The notes beneath the pieces are model-generated. The model was not told the origin of the DNA and ran no database searches. It saw nothing but the letters and a program-made list of their open reading frames with translations. A DNA stretch of 63,998 bases, filler included, from Folioceros fuciformis (Eukaryota), in the NCBI GenBank assembly GCA_049999805.1. It is 5 parts of 5 records of this genome, joined end to end, with 100 filler letters (N's around TTAATTAATTAA, not from the genome) between each part and the next. Parts side by side here need not be neighbours in the genome. Positions count along the whole stretch, not along the records: positions 1 to 27,136 come from JBNGIO010004595.1; 4 more parts are not named here. One strand, 5' to 3'. This document shows positions 12,901 through 27,236 of this stretch, piece after piece; positions within the stretch are counted from its first letter, which is position 1, and each line of letters starts with the position of its first letter. The position numbers and the translations under genes were made by a program.

Positions 12901-14049
12901 GCAAGAGGGGGGCTGTTCGAGGTGAAGGTGACTGGTGTGACTGAGCTTGACTGACTTCCCCGAGGGGTTGAACAGACTTTGACGACCCCAAACCCCAATG
13001 TTGCTTTGCCCTAAACCGGGTCGGGACGGCCCGGGCATTCGGAATCCACAAGTACATTGGACAGGACTGCAATGGAGAGCAAATTCGAGAGAGGGGAGTG
13101 GGAGGGCACACTTTTGCTGAGTTTGCCTGCTGGTACACAGGAATCTTGGGTCTTTCGATCCTGCAGCTTAGATCTGCTAAAACGCCTGCAGGATTCTGTA
13201 AGCAAGGCCAAGTGCAAAGCAGAGTTCCCAAGGGGATTACAGGAGACATGTTAAGTGGAGGCCTCATCAAGCAACAAATGGAGAAAACGATGGGTTTGCA
13301 GATGGGTGGGATCATGAGGCAGGCGTGAACGGTAACCCATTATAGCCACGCAGTACTGACCATTCAATGATGCTGTGGTAAAGATAGTGGGCGTGACCCT
13401 CATCGTTGCTGGTGGTGCTGCGCACACACACTGGTAACTCCCCCTCCCTTATGCTCGTCAATTCATGCTCGCCGGTTCAGTTGCAAGATGCGACACACAC
13501 ACCGGTCTCTCAAGAAACACATCGCAACTAAATTTCACAGCTCCCAGTCATTCCTGCAGGCACAATCCAGGCACACTGTCTTGTCTGGAACACACTTTCC
13601 ATGCCTCGCGCGGGCCTTACAACCCACATGGAGTTTGGCTCTTCTTCCCACAAGAGAAAAAGACCCGCCTCTTCATCGTGATCACCCATCCCTCGGACAC
13701 TTGTGGGTTCTCGGCAGCGCATCACCGCCCCTGTGCCTCACCAGTGCATACCGACGACATGCTCCAGGTTAGTGTTTCTCAGACGTTCGACATAACCGTA
13801 ACCACCGATGTCTAAGCTACGTCTCAATCATTCTGATACACCCGCAAATGGAGACAGCACCAGAGTCTCTGTCATGTCTTATTTTTTCAGATCCTCATAC
13901 AAAACTGTGGAGGGCGACGCCGACAACCTCCAGGTCCACCAGTTTGGGTGGTCAAAGTCTGGTTGGACCTTGAAACGGACTTGGAAAAGATGGGGGCCGA
14001 TGACATACTACACTCATCGGGTCGGGAACCAGTGAGGCCGCTTTGATTG

Positions 14050-16553
14050 TCACTGCGTCCCTTTGCTTTGAGAATGTAAAAACACGGCTGTGGACACCAT
14101 CCTGAGGCCCAACCCAAGTGCGACTGTTAACGTCCAGCAGTGCAGGATGATGACGTCAGTCACGGGCACACTAAGGGGATACGTTGCACTTACAATGTAC
14201 CGACAACGAAGGGCAAACTCAACTTGTAACTGAAGAAGATCTTCGACACGAGTGCCGTGAGAAGCATTGCCACTGAGGTGGCATATACCTGAATATCAGT
14301 TAAGGTGAAAGCATCAGTGCTCAATGACCTGTTCAAATTAGGGACCCCACAAGACTGGATTGGGATCACCTTTACAATGTTGTCAGCATACTTCATCACC
14401 ATTGAGACAGCGAGTCCACTGCAATTCCACCAACGAAGGAAGTATAGTAATCTCGATGCTTGCAAAGGAAACCGATCCTGCAGCCTCACAAGGTTCACCA
14501 AGCCACTCACCTGAGCGCGTGGTTGATGATCATGATCACCACCGTCCATGTATAGCCATAGAATACTCCTCTGCATCAGCCGGAGTCTGCTTGAACAACA
14601 TGGTCAGACATCTCTAATTGTGTGGGGCTTGAGACGCAGTTACCTGTCAGCAATTTGATCGAAATCTTGTGTGACCATGGCGAAGACATTGAACAGCACA
14701 CCAAACACATAGAGCCAGAAGTTCTGGACGTTTACGTTCCTCAAGGGCCTCGCTTTCATAATCACCTGATAGGAGGACCATGAGAAGTGTAATTGCAGTG
14801 CTTCTTACGCACACGCACGGCAATGCGCTGGCATTTCATGAGTGCAGAATAAGGTAGACTGACCTCTGTGTAGATGCCCGCGGCACCACTAAGTAGTGCC
14901 ATAACCTGAATCCGTAACAGATTAAGAGGCCAGCCACGAATGTAAAGCATAAAAGGCAATTGCATACAAGAAGCAATAGGGAAGGAGCATACAACTGCAA
15001 TCATCCACCCCTCCATCGGTGTGTCAAACACGTAGTAGGATCTGCAAGACCAGACAGACGAAAGATGAAACATCATTCCGTGGATCGCACTCAACCTGTA
15101 AGCACTGCAAGAAAGACAATGAAGGACTGAATGGAAAACAAAAGGAAGAGCAGAAAGGGAGACAAGGTACACGGAGTTCAGCTGCGCTGTTGTGCATCCT
15201 ACTGTTAGCAGTGCGAAGGCCGCCCATTGTGTGGTGCTCAGCCTGGGAACATAATGCTGTGTCAGGAATAACCAGGAGTCTGTCCTTCTTTAGACTGTAT
15301 TGCCATCCTTAAACTTCGTAAAACTCACGTTTTTTTCAAAAACATCCAATACAGTAGACCAGTGGAGATGATGTTCAGGTTCTTCAATATCTGATATGCG
15401 GGTGCCTCAACGTACAGAAAGATGTAGTACTGTAGGCGAACAGATCATGGAAATGAGAAGGGGTGTAGGACACCAGCAAGTTTGTAGATTGAATGTAAAC
15501 AACATCCACCGACCTGAAGAAGGTTCTTGATGAGGTACAGAGCAGCTGGAATCGGGTAGACCTTCAGCTCATCCCAGGTGGTGCTTAGGCTGCAGAATTA
15601 GGTGCTCAGAATCGGCTTCCTCACGAACTACACTAAGCATGCATGCTACCCTCCTCGGTGTCTTTCTACCCTGTTCTTTCTCAAGAAAGTACCATCTCCA
15701 CATTACAGTGCTTTGCCAGACTGCATAATTTCTCAAAAGACTCCTTCTTGAGTGTGCAGATTGCATATTTACTTGTTATCTTCAGAGACGCCCTCTGTCA
15801 CCCAAGTTCGTACAAGAGCCAGCAGTGAGATGCAACACTTCAGCACCTCGACCTGATCAGCGTACACACCCCAGTTCTGAAGATCACCATCGCACAGAAG
15901 ACACTCCGAAATTTCTTCTTCCAACTTCACAACAGCCATCTCTAGCTTGACCACACAAGAACGAAGGTGGAAGTACTAATACCATGCAATTAGCTGACGT
16001 GACGCTGTAATCGTAACGTTGCGTCTTCCTCTTGGACCAAGCAATCAAAATGCCCTGGGAGCTTGTCAAAAGCGTGAGAATCATAGTGACGACAGCCCTG
16101 AGTATGTGAAATTTGTCTGTTAGACGCATGACAGGCCAAGACATGCCTGCCGTACACCAATTTCCATGGACTCACTTGCGCCCCCATTGAGAAACTACAG
16201 CAGCAGATGTCTGGCACTCCGTACGCCCTTTCAGACAAACTGGACCAGGAAAGAAGACCATATCAGTCCCAGCAACCCATTAATGTTTTGCAATTCCCTT
16301 CTCCAAGAAGCCAAATGCAGAAGCAGAGACATTATACAGACCCCCGTCATCTGCCTCCGCCTTCGTAACAGCCTCTTCTTCGTCAATGAGCTTGCGCTCC
16401 TGCAAGCCATTCGCGTTGGGACTGGCATTGGCAATTGCAATGTATTTTGCAGGCAAAGTTCGTTCAGATTGCAATATTTCCAAGAAAGAGGGGGCCGACG
16501 GAAGAGAGTGTCCGCCTGTTGCAAACCTGGTCCCTGAGCTTCCTATTCTCCAT
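14050..16553 (-). CDS. Nucleotide-sugar transporter, CMP-sialic acid transporter-like (SLC35A/CSTLP4-like), ~14 short exons
   Basis: Spliced peptides MENRKLRDQ, LTLLTSSQGILIAWSK, YPIPAALYLIKNLLQ, AYQILKNLNIISTG, LSGAAGIYTE, NVQNFWLYVFG, GLAVSMVMKYADNIVKVYATSVAMLLT; stop TGA 14052-14050. Confidence 0.88.
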
Positions 16554-17666
16554 GCCCACGAAACACTGCTCTGACTAACGGCAAAGATGGAATGGGCCCC
16601 CCTAGTCAAATGACATCGCAGCCATCGCCTTGAGCACGCGCACCCAGCACAAGCACAAGAGAGTGCCAGGTGGCGCGTAATTGCCGCTTTTCAGCTCTGG
16701 TTTTTTGCAGTTGTTTTTGGGGTCCACAACCCGGTTCACACGGCGGGGTTGGCGAAACGACGGCCGTGGGATGATGGCAGCGCAGAGCAGACGGAGTCAG
16801 ACAAACGCGATGCGTTGAAGCTCGCAGATCGATACACTGCAGCTCTACACTTGCCACGCCCGCGAGCCCATGTTGCCTCTGGCGAATGGGCGTTGCTAGG
16901 CCTGGTACTCTCTGCCTGCGAAGTCCTGTCCATACTGCTCGCTCGAGCGGGTACTTGTAACCTGCTCTGCTTCTGCACCAGCTCCTCTGAAGACAGAGCC
17001 TGATACTCCTACTCAACTGCTGCCGCACCTGCACGTCTCCAGTACCTGCACCTGGACTTGCAGCTTTTCTCGCTATTTGTGACGCTGGCTGTTGCTGGGC
17101 TGGTGCCCAGTTTGAGATCTCGGCTTCCCATGAATGCTGTTGTCCAGACCCGGCCTCTGGATTGGCCTCGCGGTTGCTGCACGCGCAAGGAATCGGGAGG
17201 CCTGGGTGCTGCCCTAGGGAGGTAGGGTGGGTGGATTGCGTTTTTGGGTTGTGGCGCTGAATTCATAGCAGGCAGTGGAATACGATGACACAGATCGTCG
17301 GATACGATGGTGGGTCTCCCGCTGCTGCCGCACAGGTTGTGGGATGTGGGAGGCGTTGGAGCTGGTTGAGGTGGATGGGCTCCAGCTGAGCTGAAGGAGA
17401 GAAGTGCGGTGGGGCAGGAATTTTTGGGGGGGTTAGCGCAGAGTCAGGAGGACTGGGATGCATAGCAGCGTCATTCCCTAAGGAGAATATGAATGCAGTG
17501 AACAGTTTTTACAAGGAGTTGCCGGATATTCCTGGATAGGATTGGCTGCTCATGTGAAGCCTTATTAGGGTAGGCTCAGAACGATTGAGAGTATCATTGG
17601 AGGAGCATCAGGTGTTTCCTTTGCAATCAGTTACCCTTGTAGCTGGTACAGTGTTCAGCAGCAACG

Positions 17667-20600
17667 ATGCAGTTCGCCAAGCTGGATGACTCTCCTATGT
17701 TCAGGAAACAGGTAGATATCTTGCCTTATTTTCTGTTGGCTGCTGCTGCGGAATGAAGCCATGCACTGATGTTGGTTGGGTTGCCTCAGCTTCAACAGCT
17801 GGAGGAGAGTGCGGAGGCTCTGCGCGACCGATGTCAGAAATTCTACAAAGGGTGCAAGAAATACACGTATTGTCCTGGACCCGTTGTTGAGGGAGGCAGG
17901 TACTGCTCTTGCTGGCTGAAGTCAGGTCAGCCAGGTGCGATGAGTACTGTGGGTGAACGCTGATGCAGGGACGGGCTAGGTGATGCGTACGATGGAGACC
18001 TTGCCTTTGCAGCTGCGTTGGAAACTTTCGGAGGTGGCCATGATGACCCTATTAGCGTGGCGGTCGGAGGTTGTGCTTTTTCCGTACTATGTTGTCGTGA
18101 CGTTGCTAGGATTGTAGGGCCTGGAAGGCAGCGCATAACATTGGATGGTCATCTTGCAGGCCCAGTGATGACCAAATTTACAATTGCTCTCCGAGAGATT
18201 GGCACCTACAAAGAAGTCCTTCGATCACAAGTAGGTGGCCACAGTGAGCTGAGGAAAGCTTGTTTCAGCTGAAGAAAGCGAAGATTTACTTGACGTGTGA
18301 TTGGATCATCTATCGCACTGTAGATGGGCTGCTCTAACTGTCTGCTAGCATCTCGGCCTTGACCGTCCGTGTTTTCTGGCATGTAGGTGGAGCACATGCT
18401 GAATGATCGTCTAACGCAGTTCGTGAGTGTGGATCTTCAGGACGTGAAGGTGTGTCCCCTCCTCAGTTTGCATCTTCTCTACCGTTCTCGAAAGCCCCTC
18501 TGTCGTTAGTGGGTCTGCAGGCTAATTTCTTCCTAACAACCAGCTGCCTATTTTTTGGGGTGACTGATCGCAGACTGTCAAGGTTGGTGACGCGCTTCAA
18601 ACTCAGGATATGCTGGCTTATTTTCTTCATAGCTGGTTATACTGCTTTGGTCTTTACGGCTCTATGCTGCAGGAGAAAAAATTGGTTAAATTCTTGTGTA
18701 GCTTTCTGGTGATGGTGATACTAGGGCATGTTCCAAGTCTGCAGCTAGCACGGCTATTACTTGGCCTCGAAACCATTGAAAGACTCGTTACGTAGGTGTT
18801 CCTGTAGGGTAAATCAGCAATAGCCCACTTGTAATATGGTTCAAGACTCTTGCTGTGTAGAACTCCAACCAGTGGTTCTTCCCACTCACTTTCCCAATCT
18901 CCACCACTTGTTAGATATTGAACAGTGTGCTACATAGTAAGGCAGGAGAACACGGTGCAGGTGAAATTTGTAAGAATTGTTACTCCAAAATCCATGCATG
19001 ATACCCGAGCTGCTGTTGATTTGCAGGAAGTCAGGAAACGATTCGATAAGGCCAGTCTGCAATATGATCAGGTAACAATGCCCCTATGAGCACCAACGCT
19101 TTCAATCTATCTTACCATCGAAGGTGCAGGCAGTTTTCTCTTTTGGAATGCCGGTTAGGAGCTGTTCTTGCTAGTAGGCTTTTCTGCATGTTCTTATTGA
19201 GCCCTGAAACAGGTTCGAGAGAAGTTCTTATCTTTGAAGAAAGATGCAAAACCTGATGTTATTGCTGAAGCTGAGGAGGTACGCCATCGTATTTCAGGCA
19301 TAACTCTTGTGGAGGTGAAGCGCTGTGCAGATGTCCTTTACATCGTGTGTCCACTCACATTTTGCATGACACTTGGCAGGACGTAAGGAATGCAAGGTCA
19401 CTGTTTGAGCAGACACGCTTCAATCTTGTATGTGATTAGAAACCCTTCAATAGGTCCAAGGGAAGAAAAATGGACAGATTCATAGACGCTGTATTTTTCC
19501 TTTGTTGTTCGATGTGGCCCTTGGTGATGATTTGCAGACTCTGCTTGCAGGTGACAGCTCTCTCAAACATTGAATCGAAGAAGAAATTTGAGTTTTTAGA
19601 ATCTGTGAGTGGTACAATGGATGCACATTTACGTTACTTCAAACAGGTGTGTCTCCTCTCCAGGATGCTTCTACGAAATTATTTCGTTTGTGTTGAAAAG
19701 CCAATTTTAAGGGCATTAAGCGGAACAAGTGGGTTGTACGCACGTGGGTACCTAGGGATATGAGCTACTCCATCAAATGGAGCCATACATTCATCAGGTA
19801 AGCCACTTGGTTTCTCGCTGTAGATCATTTTTTTTGCCTGCATTTGGTTGACCAAGCACATGCTAAATGAAATGGATTCATCAATACCCTTTGCACAGGT
19901 TCTCACATACGCACAACAATCTCGCGAGCGAGCTAATTTTGAGCAAGCAGCACTTGCAGACAGGATGCAAGAGTTTAGAAGGCAAATGGAAAGGGAATCT
20001 CTTCGCTCCAGTGATGAAGTGTCATCAGCCGGAGATGGTATTCAGGCTGTTGGGAAGAGTTCTCACAAGCAAATTGAAGCTGTGATGCAGTCAACTCCGA
20101 AGGGCAAGGTTTGGACAGTTTGTAGTTTGCGCCCGTGGGCTGGAGATAAGTTCTGTTTTGTTTCCTTGTTGACAGTGATCGTGCCTCCATTCCTACAGAT
20201 TCAAACAATAAAGCAAGGGTATCTACTTAAACGATCCTCCAATTTACGTGGTGATTGGAAACGGAGATTCTTTGTTCTCGATAGTCGAGGCATGCTGTAC
20301 TACTATCGAAAACAGTGGGGCAAGCCAACTGTGAGTCTATCTACTTGGCTTCTCCTGACATTGAAGGGACCTATGCTTGGGCCCAGATGCTTGCGACGGC
20401 ATTGTTGCTGAATCATCATGTGTAAGTCATAACATCCTTCTGAGATGCTGAGGTACTTCATCACGTGCTCCTTGAGACAATGCAGGATGACAAGACAATT
20501 GCACACCATACAGTTAATTTGCTTACAGCTACCATAAAAGTTGACGCTGAGCAGAGCGATCTTCGATTCTGCTTTCGAATAATATCGCCTACCAAGAACT

Positions 20601-22919
20601 ACACGCTCCAGGTGGGAGACCTTTTTGGTGCTTTCGGCACTTTGTTTAAGCTGTCACTTGTTTAAACGCAGCATTTGTCACCGTGACACCAAATGGGTTC
20701 TCATAGCGCATGATTGTACCTTTACTGCTAATGGCTCTGCTGTGCAAGCTGAGAACGCAATTAATCGAATGGATTGGATGCTCTATTGTGCAGGCTGAGA
20801 ACGCAATTGATCGAATGGATTGGATGGACAAGATCACTGGAGTGATTGCCTCTCTTTTAAATTCTCAAGTGTCAGACCAGGTAATGGACAAAGCCCCACA
20901 AATTATCGTCCAGATCTCCAGCACCTGAATTGAGCTTGATGATAAATTATGTTGGGACTCAGTGGAATCCTAGTGCTGCAGTAGAATGTTCGCGTGACTG
21001 AGAAGACGTTGTATTTACTTCAGAGGCCTCCTCGGAGTCCAATGTTGGGTCACAATCGCACGGCCAGTGAGAGCAGCTCTGTGGGCTCGGATTTTGAGCA
21101 TGTGACGCTGGATGAGAGGGGCCATTATTCAGCCCCTCGGCGTGACATCGCCTCCCGGGGCATGCAATTAACGTATCCTGGGCATGATTATCACGAGAGA
21201 CCCCTGGACATTTTGAGGCGCGTGGCCGGGAATGATGTCTGTGCAGACTGTGGTGCCCCAGATCCAGATTGGGCCTCCCTAAACTTGGGTATTCTTGTGT
21301 GTATAGAATGCTCAGGTGTACACAGAAACCTCGGGGTCCACATTTCCAAGGTCTTGTACACCGTCGTTTCCCTTTTCTGCATGATTGAGCCTTCATATGG
21401 TGTAGAGATGTCTTTCCTTTTTCCGTTCAATTGATTTGGCCTGTTCTGGTTCATAGGAAATGTGGATTCTATGGTATTGAAATTGAACGAAACTGATGAG
21501 GGGAAGTGCGTTGAGTGGACTATCAGTTTGGTTGTGTTTTTGTCGGTACAGATGCGTTCATTGACGCTGGATGTGAAGGTGTGGGAACCTTCAGTTCTTG
21601 GATATTTCCAATCCATTGGCAATCAGTATTCAAATTCAATATGGGAGGAGCTTCTTCCACGGTGGGAGAATGACAGAAGGGCTCGAAGTGCATCAACTGG
21701 TGGCATACTAGATAGGTGTATACGTGATCTACAACTATTTAGCGTAATTTTTAAATTATCTTTATTAGATTGCCATGTTGATTAGTGTACGTGTCTTTCA
21801 TGCTGATGCCTCAACCGCATTTGTGCTAACCCTGTCTTTGGTCTGCTGAGCAGGGCTGCTGACAGACCCTCTGTGGATGTGCTCAGAGTTAAACCAGATG
21901 CAAGGGATCCACTTCCGATCAAGGAAAGGTTTATTCAATCGAAGGTAGAATCATATCGTTGAGGTCTTCTAGTGAACAATTCATTTGTCCGTTTGTCTAT
22001 TTTCAACGTTCCGTGCTCTGGTTCCTTTCTCATGGCTGATTCAATTTGCTCTCAAGGAAGCAAGAAAGCTGCTGGTACTTGAGTAAGGTTATCGATGTGA
22101 AATTCTGACAATGGCCTTTTGTGGGCAGTATGTGGAGAAAAGGTTTGTGCAGAGACTGAAGTACGATCCTAGAGGTCCAACGGTGGCAAGAAGCATGTGG
22201 GATGCTGTTCAAGAGGGGAATAAGCAGATTGTACTCCGTCTGATAGTCACAGCAGATGGCGATGTAAATACCACGTATGAGCAAGCAATGGCTGCTGAAG
22301 GATCTCCTATTTCGCGTGGATCAAGTGGAGCCAGAAAGTTTCTGGATATGTCCAACAGCACCAGGAGCAGTTGGAGTGGCCCCATTGGTGTCGGCTCCAC
22401 GTCCCCCTCCTTAGTGCATTCACGGTCGGTTGCTTCTTCACTCACATCAAGCCCTGTCTCCAGGACTGTGGCTAACGTCGCAGCATCTAATGCTTTCCTG
22501 AAAATTGAAGTGGAGAAAGATATGCATGGGTGTACATTGCTTCACTTGGCCTGCCAGATAGGTATTCTGTCTATGGTGGAGCTGCTTCTTCAATACGGGG
22601 CTGCAGTCAATGCTACCGACCGATTGGGAAGGTCACCTCTTCATCACTGTATTCTATATGGCAAAAATTACTGTGCGAAGTTGCTGTTATCCAGGTATGC
22701 TCCTAAGCTAAACTAATCTGTAGTGTGGTGTAGTTGCAGTTGTCCTGCTGAGCTTTTTGGTACCTGACGAACGATTATGATCCGTTCTGTACTTGCAGAG
22801 GAGCTGACCCTTCAGCTGTGGATGGTGGAGGGAAGACTCCACTGGAGAGTGCTGTGGAGATAGGTGCTATTACGGACGAGGAGCTGTTCATCATGTTGGC
22901 AGAATCCGCACATAGCTAA
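17667..22919 (+). CDS. ACAP-type ARF-GAP (BAR-PH-ArfGAP-ankyrin), AGD1-4/VAN3-like
   Basis: [15 protein letters not shown] start; BAR exons; PH domain [24 protein letters not shown]; ArfGAP zinc finger [32 protein letters not shown]; ankyrin repeats GCTLLHLAC and GRSPLHHC; stop TAA 22917-22919. Confidence 0.93.
20734..20825 (+). repeat. 46-bp tandem duplication spanning an intron/exon junction of the ARF-GAP gene
   Basis: gctctgctgtgcaagctgagaacgcaattaatcgaatggattggat followed by gctctattgtgcaggctgagaacgcaattgatcgaatggattggat. Confidence 0.85.
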
Positions 22920-23311
22920 TACATAATTCGAGCCATCAGGTGTATAGTACAACAAGATGCTGATTGTGAACGTGTATGATGGTAAACAGGTAGACGATTC
23001 TTTCTCCAGCATGGAGGGGAAGTCATTGGTGGCCAGAGGAAGCAGGCTTCAACCAAGGAATTGGGTGTGGAAACGATGAGATAGTCTTGTATCGTGCATT
23101 AGACTTCTGAGATATCTTGTGTATTTAATTCTTGCTCAGAAGCCATCGAAGGAATTTGAACTGCAGAATTCACATTCCAGCAGTCTTCAGAGCAGCAAGC
23201 CTCTTCGTGATGACTCAAGCCCTAATCGCGTAGGTCGGTTCTATGTTAAAACATCCTGGTGCAGCTTTGAGATACCATGGAATTCTCAAACTTCACTTAC
23301 TCTCATCGCCT

Positions 23312-23960
23312 GCAAGGTCCCGAGGGGAAAAGCCCAGAGAAAGACGATAAATGTCCCAGGTAACAACGGAGGGAAAAACCCAGGGAAAGGACGATAAACG
23401 TACCAGCTAACAACAGGAAGGTCGGTCTTAGGAGGGAAGGTCTTTTAGGAGCCACAGAGAAACCTCCGATGAAAGAAATATCTAGACTAACAGGAAGTCA
23501 TATAAAGCTTGGGCCTAGAAATATCTATAAAGCTTGGGCCTAGAAATATCTAGACAAGCAGGAAGTTGTATAAAGCTTGGGCCTAGAAATATCTAGACCA
23601 GCAGGAAGTCATATAAAGCCTTGGGCCTAGAAATATCTAGACTAGCAATAAGGATGAAATATCTAGACTAGCAGTAAGTCGTATAAAGCCTTGGCCTTCA
23701 TGGCCATAGTCAAATAAAGGGCTTACACGCCTGCCTCTATTGCTAGATTTCATTCTACCACCAACTATAATCCCCATATATATATTGTGCTTATGGATCA
23801 GTCTTGGCAGCTTTGTGTCATGTCTTGTTGATTAGTAGCTTTATGTCATGTCTTGTTGATTAGTAGCTTTATGTCATGTCTTGTTGATTCAATGTTATTC
23901 AATGAAGTGTACACTTCGCTCTCCTCCCCCCTCTCCATACGCCATATGATATAGTATCAT
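23312..23960. repeat. LTR-like repeat region with internal minisatellites
   Basis: Several ~40-bp copies of gaaatatctagac..caggaagtcatataaagcttgggccta (23475-23695), three ~28-bp copies of agctttatgtcatgtcttgttgattagt (23808-23890), TATA run; no TSD found. Confidence 0.5.
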
Positions 23961-26900
23961 GGTTGCAAAACTTGAAGGTTGAGGGAGGAATACAGCGCAG
24001 CAGCCGAGGGCGTCTTGCTATAAGAAAGGTAACCAACGTAATCACCATCTCATAGTCCCATTGTCGAATTGAATCCCAAAATCAAGCACAGGCCTAAGTG
24101 CCATTAATTAAAATCAAGGTTCCCATACTCTTGAATCCAAGACCAATCTTGCACTCTCAATTTCGTCGACCGATGCTTACTTTGGTTTGCTTCACTTCTC
24201 TATCCCCATTAGGGCTCTCATGCTAGAAAATATGAACTAAGCCTCTATTGAGAAGAGAATGTCTCTCATTATAAAAAATGGATTAAGCCTTTGTTGAGAG
24301 AGATTACAAAGACTAGATGCAAGAAGGATGATAGTACTTGTATACAATTCTAGCTTCACTCTAGAGAATTGGCTAAGCCTCCTATTCTATAGAGGCTCAT
24401 TATGTTATAATCCTAGGTACTTTTATGGCAGATAACTACTTTGCTTAAGCTACAAGCAAAGATCTGCTTAAGCTACAAGCAAAGATCTCGTAACATTCAT
24501 CACCTTCTTTCCATTCCTTTGTTTTTTGTTCTTTCAAAAGAAAATTGAATTTTCTTCTTATCATTCCTTCGCCTTTTGCTCTTCCAATGCTTCTTTCCAT
24601 TCCTTCAAGGAATCATAATTCCCAAGTGCTGGATGGTCGTGGCAACGACTGTGATAGCCACATCGACAAAAAGGTTGTGAAGCAGGAATGCTTTCTTGTC
24701 ACGAATTCGTCCTTCCTCCACAAACCCGCAAGGCATTCTAGCAAGGATTGCGAATTCTTGGGCCCAAGGTCTATCTCTGTCGTTCTCAGCACGGCCTTGA
24801 CTTCCCCCATGACAAATGACATGTGTCAACATGAACCGACAACAATCTCCAAGCATCCAAAATTCGGTTTGTCAAGATTGCCCGCATAAATGGCACAAGC
24901 CATGGAAAGCCAGCATGACTACATATCGGGAAACAAATGGCAAGGCTGGAGAAGTGAGCTAGTAGCTAGATAAGCTTGGATTGAGTTCATGAGATTGTTG
25001 CGTATAACATGAATTTTGTCATGGATGTAGGGACAAGAGGAGCAAGAGGGCTCGGGCAATGCTGAAGCAATGTGTAAACAATCCAGGCTAATAGAGGAGA
25101 TGAATGAACATGAAAGAGAGGAGGGGATATGTGTTTGTAAGGATGGTTGGGACAACGAGCTAGGCACAAGATCAAAGGGCTTGCACAGGGGGACACCAGT
25201 ACGAGTTACGCGCTAAATCACAAGAAGTGAAATTTTACTTTCCTACATGTTCCAGTTTTACAAGACAAGGAAGAGGGGGCTGATGATTTTTGTAGGGTTG
25301 GTACCAGCTATCCATGGATACCGGAGGTCAAATGTGATAGTCTCCTACAAGAGAAGAACGAAGGGAGCAGAGGAAGGCAAACAAGAGAGAGTGTTAGATG
25401 TAGGGGGATCGAATAAGCGGTGGAAGGCCAACCACACGAATGCAATTAACACAAGGATAAAATAGGAAGGGAGAGAACTTGCTATAAATGGAATCCACCA
25501 CATGGATACACCAAGAGACCTACAGTTAGGCAATGTGTTGTTGGTTGTTGTTGCTTGCACAATTGCCACTATGATGGCTGAGTGTGCCTTTACTAGAAGT
25601 AGTCTACAATGTGAAGAGCTAGACCTTTGCATTTTGCTAAAAACCCTATATGGTGGTTGCAGACTTTGTGGACGTTTACAAATTGCATGCAAGCATGCAA
25701 CCAGACACACAAAGAGGCACATTTTTTTATTTGATTTGGTTCCAAAAAACAAAAAAAAAGGAGGCACATGGATAGGGCAAAGGCATAGGAGGCATGCATT
25801 AATCCAAGTGCACATGGTAAAGCCAAGAGGATACAAGAAGGGGGCAAGTTAAAAAGGATGTGCAAGCTTTGTCAAGAGCAAGCCTTTAGCCTCTTGAAGA
25901 CCAAGCACCCCTGGCTAGGGTGCTAATCATGAGTAGATGGGACAAGAGCGAAAAAGGACATAGTGCAGCATGTGTGAAGGGCCCCTCAATGCATGCATAT
26001 AAGTGGCTTGTTGATTAGCATGCATCTTGAAATGTGCGGATAGCTGCGGTGACTAGCATGATGAACGAGTAACAACAACAACCTCACTCCTAATCATGAC
26101 CACACATGTGTGGCTTTGACAAATATTAGAGGGTCTAACTATAGTGCTATCCACACATTTGCGTGTGAACACCAGGCAAAGGTGGGATGCAAACAATGGT
26201 TATTGATAGATAGCAGCTCTTATGGGGCTGCAAAGCTTTGTGGAATTCCAATGAAATCATACCAAGAGGAGCTCTCTTGTGTTACCTTTTAGAGCTACAA
26301 TGTGCCCAACTATGGAATGGCCGTCCATGCAAATGCGATGGCCTTCAAGGCTAGATGAAGTAACTATGTTGAGCAATGCAATTAAGGGTCACATGTTTAA
26401 ATCCCTAGGTCAAGGATTGTTTAATGCTGATTTGCGTAGATGGCATATAACAAGGTTTGCACCAAACAATCAGATTCTACTAAATCATGCTTCAAGTGAA
26501 AAATAAATTGAAAATCTCCAATATATATCAAAGATTTGGATGGTTATGAGTTGTACATTTGAAAACTTTAACCAAAAGGTAGTATCCAAAATGCAATTAC
26601 ATTAATGTCTCACAACATTTACGAAAAAGTAGTATCCAAAATGCAATAACATCAATGTTTCGCTCAACATCTCCGAATATGCAAGTATCTAGTGGTAGCA
26701 AAAAATGAAAAAATCTAAATAAATAACTGATTTGGCAACCAAAGTTGGGTTTTCTAAACAAAGTAAATAGAGGGCTTCAAAATACTCAAATTTTTTTATC
26801 CTTATTGTATCTACATAAACATCTTTTCACGCTTTTGAGTTTTACATCAAATTTTTGAGTTTGCTAGGGTTACAATGTTTAGACATACTACGATCAGAGT

Positions 26901-27136
26901 GCGCCAGTAGATCAATGCACTTTGCCCTAGGCCCCACATGCATTAGTTTGGTGTGTATATATTTTAACAATAACCTTTTATTATTTAGATAAAAGAAGTG
27001 GTGGCCAATAGACCCTTTGGTTCAATACTGACCTCAAGCTGCCAACTGGCTTAGAAGATTCGAGTTTGAACCTTTTCGATTCCCTGCTTGGCCCTCTCCC
27101 TCCTCCCAACTTCCCCATTCTCACATCCCCCCAACC

Positions 27137-27236
27137 NNNNNNNNNNNNNNNNNNNNNNNNNNNNNNNNNNNNNNNNNNNNTTAATTAATTAANNNNNNNN
27201 NNNNNNNNNNNNNNNNNNNNNNNNNNNNNNNNNNNN
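27137..27236. other. Artificial contig-joining spacer
   Basis: 44 N + TTAATTAATTAA (stops in all six frames) + 44 N. Confidence 0.97.

Noticed and set aside
24000-27136. Short ORFs in the AT-rich block after the ARF-GAP gene
   Set aside because: No recognisable domains or splice pattern; probably old TE debris that I cannot classify.
27181-27192. Recurrent palindrome TTAATTAATTAA as a biological motif
   Set aside because: Always centred in exactly 44+44 Ns; a synthetic linker.
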